30,617 nucleotides of DNA, taken from positions 1-30,617 of the forward strand of contig CBDURU010000031.1 in the NCBI GenBank assembly GCA_965369865.1. Direction: 5' to 3'. The notes beneath the pieces were generated by a model. It was not told where the DNA came from, did not search any database, and saw only the letters and a program-made list of their open reading frames with translations. A program made the translations under genes and the position numbers. Of this stretch, positions 28,735 through 30,617 are shown in pieces. The stretch comes from an uncultured bacterium. GTDB lineage: Bacteria > JAJVIF01 > JAPKYR01. Every line of letters starts with the position of its first letter. Position 1 is the stretch's first letter.

Positions 28735-29025
28735 ATGAAAATTAATGAAATACTAAATGAGAAACGTTCTGAGATAATCCGAATCGTTGAGAAATACGGA
28801 GCCGGGAACGTCCGGTTGTTTGGTTCTCAGGCGCGGGGGGATGCCGGTGCGGGCAGTGATATCGATCTACTTGTCGAGTTCGGACCCGGTGTGACCCTGC
28901 TTCGGCACGCGGCTATGGTTCGTGAACTGGAAGCTTTGCTTGGCTTAAAAATTGATATTGTAAGTGAGCGCGGGCTTCGACCTCGTGTACGCGATCGTGT
29001 TCTTAAGGAGGCGGTGCCGATATGA
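28735..29025 (+). CDS. mntA: Minimal nucleotidyltransferase (MNT) antitoxin
   Basis: 96 aa; LFGSQARGD..SDIDLLVE motif; AGGAG RBS; ATGA overlap with the next gene. Confidence 0.9.
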   Translation: MKINEILNEKRSEIIRIVEKYGAGNVRLFGSQARGDAGAGSDIDLLVEFGPGVTLLRHAAMVRELEALLGLKIDIVSERGLRPRVRDRVLKEAVPI

Positions 29026-29360
29026 GAGTCGACAGGGACAGATTACTGGACATTCTTGAATCTATTGAGAATATCCGGAAATACGCGGAAAAAGGACAGG
29101 CTGTATTTCTTGGGGATGAATTGGTGCAGGTATGGATCATTCATCATATTCAGGTGATAGGTGAAGCTGCCGCGAATCTATCACAAGCGTTCAGGGAAAG
29201 TCACACTGAACTTCCATGGCCGGATATCGTTTCCATGAGAAATGTAGTTGTCCATCATTATTTCGGTATCGATCTTAACCAGATCTGGGATACAGTTAAC
29301 ATTGATCTGCCAAAGTTGGAATCGGCTATACAAGAGATACTTCAGAAAATGGGAGAATAG
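29022..29360 (+). CDS. hepT: HEPN/DUF86 (HepT-like) ribonuclease toxin
   Basis: 112 aa; IGEAA, PW..I..MRNVVVHHYFGID (R-x4-H-x-Y). Confidence 0.9.
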   Translation: MRVDRDRLLDILESIENIRKYAEKGQAVFLGDELVQVWIIHHIQVIGEAAANLSQAFRESHTELPWPDIVSMRNVVVHHYFGIDLNQIWDTVNIDLPKLESAIQEILQKMGE

Positions 29361-29366
29361 ACCCGA

Positions 29367-29423
29367 TATCTGGTGTTTATTAAGAAGATGGACCTGAAAC
29401 CGAGTATAGAGGAGTTGAATTGA
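29367..29423 (+). repeat. 57-bp direct repeat, copy 2 (displaced gene 3' end)
   Basis: Reads YLVFIKKMDLKPSIEELN* versus YLVFIKKMDLKPSIEDLN* in copy 1. Confidence 0.92.
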
Positions 29424-29436
29424 AACTACTCATGGG

Positions 29437-30030
29437 ATGGTAAGTCCTATAGACATGCGATCTATCGGGAAAATGATCAGGAAGGTGTATCGAACGATTA
29501 TTGTCGAATTGTATTTGGACAGTGCTTTCCATAACCCATATAATCCTGATTCCTGGCGTATATACAGGACTTGTTTTATAATTACTATATTAATACATAT
29601 AGCAATAGGAATTCCCATAATCATTGCAATGAACTGGGAGGCTGGAAGGCTCGATAATCGCGAGAAGGCTTTAAAGCCTGTTGTGGCAATAGACATGATG
29701 ATGAAAGAACTGGTTGAATCGCAGGGACAGGAATTAGAGTTGATCAAATTACTGGAACAAGATCCAGGGAATGATAATCAGTTGGTTCTTGAGTATTCGG
29801 TTTCATCGGAGGACAGTACGGATTATTGCATTTATCAATGGGCGTACAGGTCAACGGAAGGGATAAAGTTCAATTCGTTCGACCAGCTTGTTGTTTCCTC
29901 CAGGGAAGATAATTTTGAGCTGGTTCCAGTTTCAGAATATGCGGAAGATATTCACGACGAATTAGACCAATATTTACGAGCAATTACAAAAAACGACATT
30001 AACCTTTGGATAAGGTTTTACTCTTTTTAA
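29437..30030 (+). CDS. Hypothetical single-pass membrane protein
   Basis: 197-aa ORF with one hydrophobic segment (CFIITILIHIAIGIPIIIA); AT-rich; start codon uncertain. Confidence 0.65.
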   Translation: MVSPIDMRSIGKMIRKVYRTIIVELYLDSAFHNPYNPDSWRIYRTCFIITILIHIAIGIPIIIAMNWEAGRLDNREKALKPVVAIDMMMKELVESQGQELELIKLLEQDPGNDNQLVLEYSVSSEDSTDYCIYQWAYRSTEGIKFNSFDQLVVSSREDNFELVPVSEYAEDIHDELDQYLRAITKNDINLWIRFYSF

Positions 30031-30258
30031 GCATGAAGCCGGAAACCCATTTCGCGAAGTTGTCTGGTGGCCCCTCAAAACTCGCCCCAGCGAGTTTGGA
30101 GGGTCTTCGTCAAATTTACAAGCAATCACAAAAAACGATATCAAACTTTGGATCAGGCAATACTCTTTTTAATCAGGTAACCCGGAAACCCATTTCACGA
30201 AATTATCCGGTGGCCCCTCAAAACTCGCCCCAGCGAGTTTGGAGGGTCTTCGTCAAAT
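29974..30258. repeat. ~142-bp tandem duplication: a 57-nt gene 3' end plus hairpin element family E (GGTGGCCCCTCAAAACTCGC-CCCA-GCGAGTTTGGAGGG)
   Basis: 29974-30030 vs 30116-30172 match at 48/57; 30039-30116 vs 30182-30259 are nearly identical. Confidence 0.9.
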
Positions 30259-30373
30259 TAAACGGCGCCTCTTTTTCAAAATAGGTTCTAATTGCCTAAA
30301 CTTGAAAATTTATTGTATAATATCTAGGTAATTTTTAATAAACAAAACATTTCCACTTTTTTATTGCTAATAC

Positions 30374-30402
30374 TTGACAAAATCCCAAATATATGCTATA
30401 CT
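30374..30402 (+). promoter_or_regulatory. Near-consensus sigma70 promoter
   Basis: TTGACA (30374-30379), 17-nt spacer, TATACT (30397-30402), with extended TG at 30394-30395 and an AT-rich upstream tract. Confidence 0.75.
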
Positions 30403-30407
30403 CCAAA

Positions 30408-30516
30408 CTGGAGGTACGATTACAGGCAATTCCTCCAGGATCGGCCTCCAACATTATCTGTAACGGATCCCGGTGCTCGTTTCTTTACGTTCATTAAAGT
30501 CGGGCGCCTGTTGTTT
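30408..30516 (+). ncRNA. Candidate small structured RNA (unassigned)
   Basis: Follows the promoter; no ATG-initiated ORF; three possible stems, the last followed by TGTTGTTT. Confidence 0.3.
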
Positions 30517-30531
30517 CGCCAAATCCACATA

Positions 30532-30606
30532 CCGTAGAACAGCACGGCAGTGCGTCCATCGAAAATTCCATACTGATGCATGACGCACTGCCGTGCTGTT
30601 CTCCGG
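30532..30606. repeat. Inverted doublet of family A REP (REPIN-like)
   Basis: 30532-30556 and 30582-30606 are reverse complements with 1 mismatch, separated by 25 nt. Confidence 0.9.
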
Positions 30607-30617
30607 GGGTGTCATGT

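Noticed and set aside
29974..30172. Diversity-generating retroelement VR/TR pair (also considered for 28608/29367)
   Set aside because: Mismatches are not confined to adenines in either copy (several are C/T), many are synonymous, and there is no reverse transcriptase in the window
30006..30284. 92-aa ORF
   Set aside because: It runs through the family E tandem repeat, overlaps the preceding gene and has no recognisable features

Overview
A 30.6-kb chromosomal window from a probably diderm bacterium (LptC-like, heptose kinase and DUF3084-like genes). Almost all genes are on the + strand. In order they are: a gamma-carbonic-anhydrase-like protein; three tandem HtrA (trypsin+PDZ) paralogs; gpmI; an acyl-CoA dehydrogenase; a beta-propeller protein; a PaaK-like ligase; a TPR-lytic transglycosylase; glmS; yvcK; an AT-rich LRR gene; map and a pilin-like gene (both on the - strand); a Ser/Thr kinase-FHA protein; lptC-like; a DHS-fold protein; rfaE1; DUF3084-like; a conserved hypothetical gene; an MNT-HEPN toxin-antitoxin pair; and an orphan gene. 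There are five highlights. (1) Only the middle HtrA keeps its catalytic triad; the other two are intact pseudoproteases. (2) Two genes have a diverged copy of their last 57 nt (18 codons plus stop) repeated downstream. One of these repeats brackets the TA module, which suggests integrase-less mini-cassettes that replace gene 3' ends. (3) At least five different palindromic REP/MITE-like families sit in the intergenic spaces, next to the accessory genes. (4) The gamma-CA lacks two of three Zn ligands. (5) Near the right end, a near-consensus promoter precedes an ORF-less structured segment. All product calls come from motif recognition by eye; no database searches were run.
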